Origin: Candidatus Australimonas brisbanensis
GTDB lineage: Bacteria; Chloroflexota; Dehalococcoidia; Lucifugimonadales; Australimonadaceae
Direction: 5' to 3'
Length of the DNA stretch: 64,000 nucleotides
Assembly (NCBI GenBank): GCA_038147155.1
Contig: JAYQTA010000002.1
Location: 329,744 to 393,743, forward strand
A program made the position numbers and the translations under genes. The notes under the pieces are model-generated. The model was not told the origin of the DNA and ran no database searches. It saw only the letters and a program-made list of their open reading frames with translations. Below are positions 1 to 7,932 of the stretch, piece after piece; within the stretch, counting starts at the first letter, position 1; the number at the start of each line of letters is the position of its first letter.

Positions 1-1
1 C

Positions 2-838
2 CTGGACCCCGGCTACGAGGTGAACTGGCGTCTCCACTACCGCTACATCCAACTCCTGGCCCCACCAGCCGTCGCTCTGGCCTACCTGGTCGTCCGGTTT
101 GCTGGCGCGCGGGGGAGCCTGGGGTCAGCCGACCGCTGGCTCGTAACGGCCTGCCTCTTCACCATGTTCCTGGGGGCCTTCAACGGCCTGTTCGTGCCGC
201 TGTGGGGCGAGGGGCACTGGTACTACCCCATCTCCTTCATGACCGTCTCGCTCATCGTGGTGCGCCATGCCCCAGGGCTAGGCGCGTGGGCCATACGACG
301 ATGGCCGATGGCCCGGCGCGCCGCCCGGGTGCTGCCCGCCCATCCTGCAGGCCTGGCGCTGGTGATAGCCCTGCTCTTGGCCGCAGACCTGCTCTACTTC
401 ACGCAGGTGTTCCACACGGGCACGGAGGGGCAGGGGTTCGCCCAGGCGTACGATGCGGTCAAGCGGGTCAGCGCCGAGTGGCGCGAGGTGGGGGAGCGCC
501 CACGGCTCCTAGAGTACGACGACGGCATCATCGCCTATGCCTCCGGGCTCCCGGCTCTATCGGGTATCGGCCTGGCGCTGGACCACGAGGCTTCAGCCGC
601 GTTCGAACGAGGGGTGCTGCCCCAGCTGGCCTGGGAACGGGGGTATGACCTCATCGCCTCCTACTGGTACATCCGGGACACGGGTCTCACCGAGGCCTCT
701 TCCCTCGGAGAGGTCCGGGAGCAGGTCGAGCTCCTGCCCAGCGCGCAGGGGCAGGACTTCTCTGGGTTCGACCTGACCGTCCACTACGCGGACCCGCGCT
801 CCGGGGTGGTGTTTATCCGGATGCAGCCGCACCTCTAG
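2..838 (+). CDS. Membrane protein, 5'-truncated by window edge (possibly glycosyltransferase-like)
   Basis: Frame open from window start; several hydrophobic helices, then a soluble C-terminal region (YDDGIIAY...GL). Confidence 0.6.
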   Translation: MDPGYEVNWRLHYRYIQLLAPPAVALAYLVVRFAGARGSLGSADRWLVTACLFTMFLGAFNGLFVPLWGEGHWYYPISFMTVSLIVVRHAPGLGAWAIRRWPMARRAARVLPAHPAGLALVIALLLAADLLYFTQVFHTGTEGQGFAQAYDAVKRVSAEWREVGERPRLLEYDDGIIAYASGLPALSGIGLALDHEASAAFERGVLPQLAWERGYDLIASYWYIRDTGLTEASSLGEVREQVELLPSAQGQDFSGFDLTVHYADPRSGVVFIRMQPHL

Positions 839-866
839 GCGCATGGGCGCGTCGCGCCGGCGAGGC

Positions 867-896
867 GCAGGTGCAGGTGCAGGTGCAGGTGCAGGC
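867..896. repeat. Tandem hexamer (GCAGGT)x4 + GCAGGC
   Basis: Directly visible, intergenic. Confidence 0.9.
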
Positions 897-990
897 GATA
901 ATGAGAAGCGCTCCGAAAGGGGAGCGCCTCGTGGTGTTCGTGGATTGGAGCCCCAGCGGCCCGCTCCAGAAGGAGATGGTTTGCAATCGA

Positions 991-1018
991 AGAGGCCCCG
1001 CGGGTTGGCGGGGCCTCT
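991..1018. terminator. Hairpin, probable bidirectional terminator
   Basis: AGAGGCCCCGC / GCGGGGCCTCT 11-bp stem between convergent genes. Confidence 0.7.
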
Positions 1019-1045
1019 CTTCGTCCGTCTCTGTGGGCGTGCGTC

Positions 1046-1243
1046 CTACTTCTTGACGCTGCCGTTGAAGCCGCGGCGCTCCTGCTCGTAGGGGTGGAAC
1101 TCACGCTCGGCACCGCAGTGCTTGCAGGTGGCCTCCACGTTGGCCGAGGGCATGCCCAGCACCCAGTGGTGCGCTCCCGTGGGCGATGCGGTGCAGGCGG
1201 CGGGCTTGGCGGAACTGTCGGTGGTCTGCTTCAGCGTTGCGAT
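1046..1243 (-). CDS. Small Zn-ribbon-like protein (65 aa) with proposed ATC start; absent from ORF track
   Basis: (I/M)ATLKQTTDSSAKPAACTASPTGAHHWVLGMPSANVEATCKHCGAEREFHPYEQERRGFNGSVKK*; AAGGAG 8 nt upstream; GC3-rich codons; downstream hairpin. Confidence 0.75.
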   Translation of the reverse strand: MATLKQTTDSSAKPAACTASPTGAHHWVLGMPSANVEATCKHCGAEREFHPYEQERRGFNGSVKK

Positions 1244-1352
1244 CGGCTCATCTCCTTCGTGCTCTGCATGCTCAACGTCTCAGCTCTTGTACTACGCCCC
1301 AGCTTCCCCCACGGCTCGCGCAGGGCAGGGGAGGGGCTCCCCTGTGACGAAC

Positions 1353-1385
1353 GCAGCCCCCAAGGTCTTCGGCCCTGGGGGCTGC
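1353..1385 (-). terminator. Hairpin downstream of tmRNA
   Basis: GCAGCCCCCA / TGGGGGCTGC stem 10 nt past the tmRNA CCA end. Confidence 0.7.
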
Positions 1386-1395
1386 TCTGTGTTCT

Positions 1396-1748
1396 TGGTG
1401 GAGATGGGGGAGAGTCGAACTCCCCGTCCAAGAGACACCAAGCGCGGATGTACTACAGGCTTGTCCGGTGCTTTGTCGACACGTCCGAAGCGTCCACCGG
1501 CGGACTCTCCGGAAGCCTCCCGCGGTGTCTTAGGCGGGCCCCAGCGGTATCGGGCACCGCAGCATCCCGACTGTATATCGCCTCCAGCCGCCGCCGGGAG
1601 TGGCGACCGGGACGTGACTACGATTGGTTACGCAGCCAGAGCGAGTTCGCGCTCGCCAGTTACTTTTTCACCACCTTTTTATCGAGTGGGCGGTGAACTC
1701 GGCCTGCAATCCTGCCCAGCTGATCCCCTGTCGAAACCACGCATCCCC
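1396..1748 (-). ncRNA. ssrA: tmRNA
   Basis: 5' GGGGATGCGTGGTTTCGACAGGGG; 3' GGGGAGTTCGACTCTCCCCCATCTCCACCA; G3-U Ala acceptor pair; tag ORF 1657-1628 GERELALAA*; adjacent to smpB. Confidence 0.97.
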
Positions 1749-1765
1749 CTCAGAGTGATAGAGCA

Positions 1766-1774
1766 AGTATACCA
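1766..1774 (-). promoter_or_regulatory. Extended -10 (TGG-TATACT) for ssrA
   Basis: Near-consensus -10 about 17 nt before the mature tmRNA 5' end. Confidence 0.65.
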
Positions 1775-1869
1775 CATCAGGGGAAGGGATGCCCTCCGGA
1801 GGATTCTTCAGGAACGTTTCGGTATTTTGGTCTATGAACTGCCCCACAGATACTGTTAACACAGAAAAT

Positions 1870-2373
1870 CTAAAGGGACTGGCGTATGGCCCGCCCGATC
1901 TCACGGTCGGTTTCGCGCTGCTGTATCGCCTTGCGCTTGTCGTACTGGCGTCGCCCCTTGGCCAACCCCAACTCCACCTTGGCGTGGTGGCCCTTGAGGT
2001 ACATGCGCAGGGGTACGATGGTCAGGCCCTTCTGCCCAGCCTGGCGCGCCAGCTTGATGATCTGCTCCTTGTGCATCAGCAGGCGCCGGGTGCGCAGCGG
2101 CTCGTGGTTCCACGGCCCGCCGGACTCCCAGGAAGCGATGTGCTGGTTCATGAGCCAGGCCTGGCCGTCGCGCACCACGGCATAGGCATCGCGCAGGTTC
2201 ACGCGCCCGGCGCGCACCGACTTGATCTCGGTGCCCGTGAGGGCGATGCCCGCCTCCACGCGCTCCAGGATGTCGTAATCGAAGCGTGCGCGACGGTTGT
2301 CGGCCACGGTGACGATGCGTGGCCCCTGGTCGGCGGGCTTGCCAGCCTCCGGCTTCTTACCCTTCTTGGCCAA
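1870..2373 (-). CDS. smpB: SsrA-binding protein
   Basis: NRRARFDY, EAGIALTGTEIKSVR, GLAKGRRQYDKR motifs; TTG start inferred. Confidence 0.96.
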   Translation of the reverse strand: MAKKGKKPEAGKPADQGPRIVTVADNRRARFDYDILERVEAGIALTGTEIKSVRAGRVNLRDAYAVVRDGQAWLMNQHIASWESGGPWNHEPLRTRRLLMHKEQIIKLARQAGQKGLTIVPLRMYLKGHHAKVELGLAKGRRQYDKRKAIQQRETDREIGRAIRQSL

Positions 2374-2375
2374 GG

Positions 2376-3662
2376 CTAGCCCCCCAGCTCGAGCCGGAGT
2401 TGCTCGATGGCCGCGTCCAACTGCGGGTCGCCTTCGGGCCCAGCCGGAGCCACCTCGCCCAGCCCGCACAGCTCGTCCAGCGCCCCGGTGAGCGCGGGTA
2501 CGTCGAGCAGGTCCGCAGCGTCCTCGTCGTACGCGGCGCACAGATCGGCGGTGAGCCCGCCGATGCGCACCAGCGCGGGGCTCAGGCCCGAGGCGTCCAC
2601 GGCGATGTCCGGCTCCAGCCCCTGGCCCTCAATCAGATGGCCGGAGGGGGTGAGCCAGCGCGCGGTGGTGACGTACAGCCCCGCGCCCGAGTCCAGCTCC
2701 TCCAGCAGGTTCACAGAGCCCTTGCCGTAGGTGGTGGTGCCGATGAGCACCGCCCGGCCGTGGTCCTGGAGCGCGCCCGCGGTGATCTCCGAGGCCGAGG
2801 CAGAGTAGCCGTTGACCAGCACCACCAGGGGCAGGTCGTAGGCCGTTCCCTCGCCGGTGACGGGGTAGGGCTCCTCGGTGCCGTCGGCGTGTCGCCAGAG
2901 GAACACGTTGCCCTCGCGGATGAACTCACTCACCACCGCGATGGCCGCGTCCACCAGGCCCCCGGTGTTGGAGCGCAGATCCAGTATCAGCCCCTTGGCA
3001 CCGGCGGCCCGCAGCTGCGTGATGGCCTCCCGCAGCCCAGCGGCGGTCTGCTCGTTGAACCCATCCAGTCCGACGTAGCCGATGTCCTCCGCCTGGATGC
3101 GCCTGCTCACCGAGGTGAGGTGGATCGTATCGCGCACCACGCTGATCTCCACGGGCGCCACCGAACCAGCGCGTTGAAGCCGCAGCACCACCGTGGTGCC
3201 CTTGGGCCCACGCACGCGCGCCACCACCTCCAGCAGCGATTCGCCCTCGGTGGACACCCCATCCACCGCAACGATGAAGTCCCCCGGACGGATGCCGGCG
3301 CGCACAGCGGGAGAGTCCGGCAGCGGGCCGAGCACCATCACACGGCCATCGCGCACCGTCAGCTCCGCGCCGATGCCCTCGAAGTCCGCGTCGGCCCCGC
3401 GCAGGCTGGCGGTGAAGTCCTGGTACTGCTGAGTGGACAGGTAGGAGGTGTACGGGTCGTCCAGCGAGTCGATGATGCCCCTGATGGCCGCATCGTTCAG
3501 CGCCTGCGGGTCGAGCTTGGTCTGGTCTACGTAATCGTCCTCCAAGCGGCGCACCACGTCCTCGGCCTCGGTGAGCACCGGCTGGTGGGTGGCGTGTGCA
3601 CAGGCCGCCAGCACCACCAGCAACAGCTGGAGGGCCAGGAGCCAACGGAAGATCACTCGCAT
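2376..3662 (-). CDS. S41 carboxyl-terminal processing protease (CtpA-like) with PDZ domain
   Basis: Signal peptide; DPYTSY, FEGIG, LILDLRSNTGG, SASASEI, TYGKGSV motifs. Confidence 0.92.
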   Translation of the reverse strand: MRVIFRWLLALQLLLVVLAACAHATHQPVLTEAEDVVRRLEDDYVDQTKLDPQALNDAAIRGIIDSLDDPYTSYLSTQQYQDFTASLRGADADFEGIGAELTVRDGRVMVLGPLPDSPAVRAGIRPGDFIVAVDGVSTEGESLLEVVARVRGPKGTTVVLRLQRAGSVAPVEISVVRDTIHLTSVSRRIQAEDIGYVGLDGFNEQTAAGLREAITQLRAAGAKGLILDLRSNTGGLVDAAIAVVSEFIREGNVFLWRHADGTEEPYPVTGEGTAYDLPLVVLVNGYSASASEITAGALQDHGRAVLIGTTTYGKGSVNLLEELDSGAGLYVTTARWLTPSGHLIEGQGLEPDIAVDASGLSPALVRIGGLTADLCAAYDEDAADLLDVPALTGALDELCGLGEVAPAGPEGDPQLDAAIEQLRLELGG

Positions 3663-3798
3663 CGGCGCACACCCGCAGGAGAAAAAGTGAGGCGCCTGCC
3701 GTCGGGCGAAGCGCCTCCTCGTTCATTCTACCCCAGGGACCCACGCGCCAGCGGCAGGGGGCGGCCCGTAGACATCCGCCGCGTGAATTCCCCGTTAT

Positions 3799-3826
3799 AG
3801 TTAACATAACAACAATAGTGCGTTTG
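3799..3826 (-). other. Candidate dif site (XerCD chromosome dimer resolution)
   Basis: CAAACGCACTA-TTGTTG-TTATGTTAACT in 11-6-11 layout; XerD arm matches E. coli TTATGTTAAAT at 10/11; isolated intergenic AT-rich patch; KOPS-like polarity switch. Confidence 0.75.
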
Positions 3827-3972
3827 ACACTCAGGCTTGCGAATGAGCCGAACTCTGGCTCCTGCCACCAGCCCGGTCTGGGGAAGCCCCTGTCGTGGAG
3901 GGCCCTCGCAGGCCCCTCTGGGCCATTGAGACGGCCTGAGAGCCGCGTGGGCCCGCCAGACCCCTCTGTGCG

Positions 3973-4329
3973 TCAACGCGCCGGAAGCCATCCCTTGGCG
4001 TCGTTGCCGTCCTCGATGCCGCCCATGTACCAGAACTCGCCGTCGGGGGCGGACTTGCGCGCGCGCATCTCCTCGAAGTCCAGCACCACCGTCACCTCGT
4101 CCTCGCACGCCACCTCGACGATGCGTCCGTCTGAGGAGACGATCTTACGCGGGCGATGCTCGAACACGTTCCCCGGACCGACGCGCAGCTTGAGCGCGGG
4201 TTCGATGGACAGGATGTCCAGCGTGTTGCGCATCTGCTGGCCATCCACCACCGAGAAGCCGTCGGCATCGCAGGAGAAGAAGGGCTTGGCGGGCAGTTCG
4301 AAGAACTCGTCCATGGGGGCACGCACCAT
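3973..4329 (-). CDS. Hypothetical protein (118 aa), probably leaderless
   Basis: GC3-biased ORF; TACACT 7 nt before ATG. Confidence 0.7.
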   Translation of the reverse strand: MVRAPMDEFFELPAKPFFSCDADGFSVVDGQQMRNTLDILSIEPALKLRVGPGNVFEHRPRKIVSSDGRIVEVACEDEVTVVLDFEEMRARKSAPDGEFWYMGGIEDGNDAKGWLPAR

Positions 4330-4346
4330 CGATCCAAGTGTAAGGT

Positions 4347-5507
4347 TCAGCCGCTGGTCGCAGGTCCGGCTCCGGCGCCCGCGTGGGCCAACACCGTGGC
4401 GATGGCTTCCCGCAACTCGTCTAAGCCCAGGCCGGTGGCCGCTGATGTCAGCACCGCCGTCGCGCCACCCACCGAGGCCAGGAAACTGCGGTCCACGTCC
4501 GGGTCCAGCAGGTCGGCCTTGTTCAGGGCCAGCACACGCGGCTTCGTCTCCAACCCCAAGTCTGCCAGGATGGACTCCACCACCTCCACGTGTTCTGGTG
4601 CATTGGGATGGCCGATATCCACCACATGCAGCAGCACGTCGGCCTCGCCAATCTCCTCCAGCGTGGCCCGGAAGGCCGCAACCAACGCCGTGGGGAGCTT
4701 CTGGATGAACCCCACGGTGTCGGTGAACAGCACCGGCTCGCCGCCGGGCATGTGGACCCGGCGCGTGGTGGGGTCGAGGGTTGAGAAGAGTTGGTCGCGG
4801 GCCAGCACCCCCGCCTGGGTGAGCGCGTTGAGCAGCGACGACTTGCCCGCGTTGGTGTAGCCCACCAGCGCCACCACCGCCATGCGCATGCGCCGGCGCT
4901 GCGCCCGGTGCTGCGCCCGTTGGGCCCGCACGCGCTCAAGCTCCTGCTTCATGCGGTGGATGCGCTGGCCGATGAGCCGCCGGTCGGTCTCGATCTGCGA
5001 CTCACCGGGGCCGCGTGTGCCGATGCCACCGCCCAGGCGCTCCAAATGGCTCCATTGGCCCGCAAGGCGCGGGAGCAGGTACTCGGCCTGGGCCAATTCC
5101 ACCTGCAGCCGCCCCTCTCGGGTGCGAGCGTGGCGGGCGAATACGTCCAGGATAAGCGCGGTGCGGTCGATGACCTTCACCCGCTCCTTGAAGGCGCGCT
5201 CCAGGTTGCGCTGCTGGGTGGGCGTGAGCTCGTCGTCGCAGATCAGCGTGGTGAAGCCCAGCGCCTCCTGGAGCACCAGCAGCTCCTCCAGCTTGCCGGA
5301 GCCCACGTAGGTGTGGGAGAAGCGCTCCAGCTGCTGGGTGACGGTGCCCACCACCTCGGCGCCCGCCGTCGCGGCCAGTTGGGCGAGCTCCGCCAGTGAG
5401 TCGGCCATGCTCCACGGCGAGCGCTGCCCCTTGAGAGCAACGCCCACCAGCACGGCCTGCTCGGGCCTGGCCTGGGTCTCGACGCCGCTGCGCGCGTGTT
5501 TGGAGAT
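4347..5507 (-). CDS. hflX: Ribosome-splitting GTPase HflX (proposed ATC start)
   Basis: [40 protein letters not shown] motifs. Confidence 0.95.
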   Translation of the reverse strand: MSKHARSGVETQARPEQAVLVGVALKGQRSPWSMADSLAELAQLAATAGAEVVGTVTQQLERFSHTYVGSGKLEELLVLQEALGFTTLICDDELTPTQQRNLERAFKERVKVIDRTALILDVFARHARTREGRLQVELAQAEYLLPRLAGQWSHLERLGGGIGTRGPGESQIETDRRLIGQRIHRMKQELERVRAQRAQHRAQRRRMRMAVVALVGYTNAGKSSLLNALTQAGVLARDQLFSTLDPTTRRVHMPGGEPVLFTDTVGFIQKLPTALVAAFRATLEEIGEADVLLHVVDIGHPNAPEHVEVVESILADLGLETKPRVLALNKADLLDPDVDRSFLASVGGATAVLTSAATGLGLDELREAIATVLAHAGAGAGPATSG

Positions 5508-5523
5508 GGAGACGTCCCCTGCC

Positions 5524-6702
5524 CTAGGCCTTGGGCTTGGAGGGAAGCCGCCAGCCCTCGAGGCGCTTGAGGCCCTCCTCCACGCGCTCGTCGGGCGTGG
5601 TGAGCGAGAGGCGGATGTACCCCTCGCCCGCCTCACCGTAGCCACGGCCGGGGGTCACCACCACGGCATGCTTGTCCAGCAGCTCGGTGGCCAGCGCGGC
5701 GCTGGTCCACCCGTCGGGGCAGCGCGCCCACACATACAGGCCGGAGACCGGCTTGTTCACCGTGAGGCCGATGCCGCGCAGCACCTCGACCATGCGGTCG
5801 CGCCGGCGCCGGTAGATCTCGTTGTTGGCGTGGAGCCACTCGTCGGTGGTCTTCTCCAGCGCCTCGATGCCCATGTACTGGATGGCCTGCGGGATGCCGG
5901 AGTCCAGGTTGGACTTGACCCGCACCAGCGCGTCGATGAGCTGGGCGTTACCCACGGCCATGCCCACGCGCCAGCCGGTCATGTTGTAGGTCTTGGAGAG
6001 GGAGTGGAACTCGATGCCCACGTCCTTGGCGCCGGGGGTCTGGAGGAACGAGGGCGCCACGTAGCCGTCGAAGGTCACCTCGGAGTAGGCCGCATCGTGG
6101 CAGACCGGGATGTCGTACTTCTTCGCGAAAGCAACCACCTCTTCGAAGAACGCCTCCGTCGCCAGGCCCCCCGTAGGGTTGTTGGGGTAGTTGAGCCACA
6201 TGACCTTCGCCTTTCGGGCGATGTCCTCGGGGATCGCCGACAGGTCCGGCAGCCACCCGCGCTCCTCGGACAGGGGCATCAGGTAGGAGGTGCCCCCCGC
6301 GAACATAGTGCCCACCGCGTACACCGGGTAGGCCGGGTCCGGCACCAGGGCGATGTCGCCGGGGTCTATCAGGCACAGCGCCATGTGGCCGATGCCCTCC
6401 TTGGCCCCGATCAGCGGCACCACCTCCTTGTCGGTCAGCTCGACGCCGAAGCGGCGCTGGTACCAGTCCGCGATGCTTTTGCGCAGCGCAGGGAGGCCGT
6501 CGGACTCCGGGTAGCGGTGGTTGGGCGCATCCTCGGCGGTGCTCTTGAGCGCCTCCAGGATGTGCGGCGGCGTGGGGATGTCCGGGTCGCCGATGCCGAA
6601 GGAGACCACGTCCACGCCCTTGGCGCGCTTCTCCGCGATCCTCCGGCTGATCTCCAGGAAGAGGTACGGGGGGAGTTTGTCGAGCCGGTTCGCCAGTTCC
6701 AT
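5524..6702 (-). CDS. dapL: LL-diaminopimelate aminotransferase
   Basis: [40 protein letters not shown]; next to dapF. Confidence 0.85.
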   Translation of the reverse strand: MELANRLDKLPPYLFLEISRRIAEKRAKGVDVVSFGIGDPDIPTPPHILEALKSTAEDAPNHRYPESDGLPALRKSIADWYQRRFGVELTDKEVVPLIGAKEGIGHMALCLIDPGDIALVPDPAYPVYAVGTMFAGGTSYLMPLSEERGWLPDLSAIPEDIARKAKVMWLNYPNNPTGGLATEAFFEEVVAFAKKYDIPVCHDAAYSEVTFDGYVAPSFLQTPGAKDVGIEFHSLSKTYNMTGWRVGMAVGNAQLIDALVRVKSNLDSGIPQAIQYMGIEALEKTTDEWLHANNEIYRRRRDRMVEVLRGIGLTVNKPVSGLYVWARCPDGWTSAALATELLDKHAVVVTPGRGYGEAGEGYIRLSLTTPDERVEEGLKRLEGWRLPSKPKA

Positions 6703-6806
6703 GAAGCCTCCGAAGCGTGGGGAAGTGCCGCCCCCTGCCCTGCCGGGTCGTGCAGGCGGGAGCGGTGCGATTCTACGGGAGCGGGCCTGCGGGCGAAAGT
6801 CCGTCG

Positions 6807-7712
6807 CTAGTCCGGCAGCTCGCCGGAGAAGACCTCCACGGCGTCGCCCTCCATGAGCACGGAGCCGTGGCCGGGCCAGGTGATGGTGAGCTCGCCGCCC
6901 GGCACCGCCACCGTGACGCGCTCCTCCACCCACCCGTGCAGGCGCGCCGCGACCACCATGGCGCAGGCACCGGTGCCGCACGCGAGCGTCTGCCCGGAGC
7001 CGCGCTCCCAGGTGCGGGTGACCAGGCGCGTGCGCGAGGCCACGTTGGCGATGTGGAAGTTGATGCGCCGAGGGAACGCCGGGTGGTGCTCCATCAGCGG
7101 GCCCAGGTGCGCCAGGTCCACACCGGCCACGGGCTCGTCCAGGAACGCCGTCACGTGGGGGTTGCCCATGGACACCCCCGTGAGGCGGAAGGACGTCCCG
7201 TCCACCTCCGCCGCCGCGTCGAAGACCACCTGGGCGGGGCCCACGCCGCTGGCCGCCAGCACCGCCTCGTCCAACGCCGACAGGTCAGAGCCTCCCAGGC
7301 GCGCCGGGTCGATGGGGACGTCCACGGCGCGCAGCACCGGCGCGCCCATGTCCACCACCGCGCCCACGATGCGCCCGCCGTCCAGCACCGGGGTGATGGT
7401 CTTCACCCCCGCGCCCGTCTCCACCGCCAGGCTCCCTCCGTGCAGACTGGCAAGGCCCCGCTCCACGGCGAACTTGGTGAGGCAGCGGATGCCATTGCCG
7501 CACATCTCGCCCTCGGAGCCGTCGGCGTTGTACATGCGCATGCGGATGTCGGCCACAGAGGACGGGGCGGCGACGATGAGCCCATCGCCGCCGATGCCGA
7601 AGTGCCGGTCGGCGACGCGCACCGCCAGGGATGGCCAGTCGCGCTCTCCCTGTGTGCCGTCCACGTAGACGTAGTCGTTGCCCGCGCCCTGCAGCTTGGT
7701 GAACCGCATCAT
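6807..7712 (-). CDS. dapF: Diaminopimelate epimerase
   Basis: [35 protein letters not shown]. Confidence 0.95.
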   Translation of the reverse strand: MMRFTKLQGAGNDYVYVDGTQGERDWPSLAVRVADRHFGIGGDGLIVAAPSSVADIRMRMYNADGSEGEMCGNGIRCLTKFAVERGLASLHGGSLAVETGAGVKTITPVLDGGRIVGAVVDMGAPVLRAVDVPIDPARLGGSDLSALDEAVLAASGVGPAQVVFDAAAEVDGTSFRLTGVSMGNPHVTAFLDEPVAGVDLAHLGPLMEHHPAFPRRINFHIANVASRTRLVTRTWERGSGQTLACGTGACAMVVAARLHGWVEERVTVAVPGGELTITWPGHGSVLMEGDAVEVFSGELPD

Positions 7713-7832
7713 CGCCCTCGCCCGTTGCTGTTTGGTGGCATTGTATCGCGAGGGGCTACGGCGATACCTGGGCTCACGTGTCAGGAAGCGGGCACAGGGG
7801 TAGCAGGCCCCCTATCGAGCGGGCCGAAGGCA

Positions 7833-7915
7833 CGCGGGGACGGGGGTAGGCGCGCCTAGCGCGCCGAAGGGGGAGCCCCCCTTCCGTCGAGCCCGCGCAG
7901 CGGGCGGGGGAGAGC
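7833..7915 (-). repeat. REP-like multi-hairpin dispersed repeat, copy A
   Basis: Reverse complement GCCCGCTGCGCGGGCTCGACGGAAGGGGGGCTCCCCCTTCGG...GCGCCTACCCCCGTC matches copies near 39430 and 62020-62300. Confidence 0.75.
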
Positions 7916-7932
7916 GCGCTAGAATCCCCCCT

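Noticed and set aside
1-1395. Genomic island integrated at the tmRNA 3' end
   Set aside because: No integrase and no duplicated tmRNA 3' fragment visible; cannot be excluded beyond the window edge
3794-3810. Near-palindrome GTTATAGTTAACATAAC as a transcription-factor operator or sRNA promoter
   Set aside because: More simply explained as the XerD arm of the candidate dif site
3870-3968. GGTCTGG/CCAGACC long-range stem as a known ncRNA (6S, SRP, ydaO)
   Set aside because: No diagnostic motifs; a 7-bp pairing is expected by chance at this GC content
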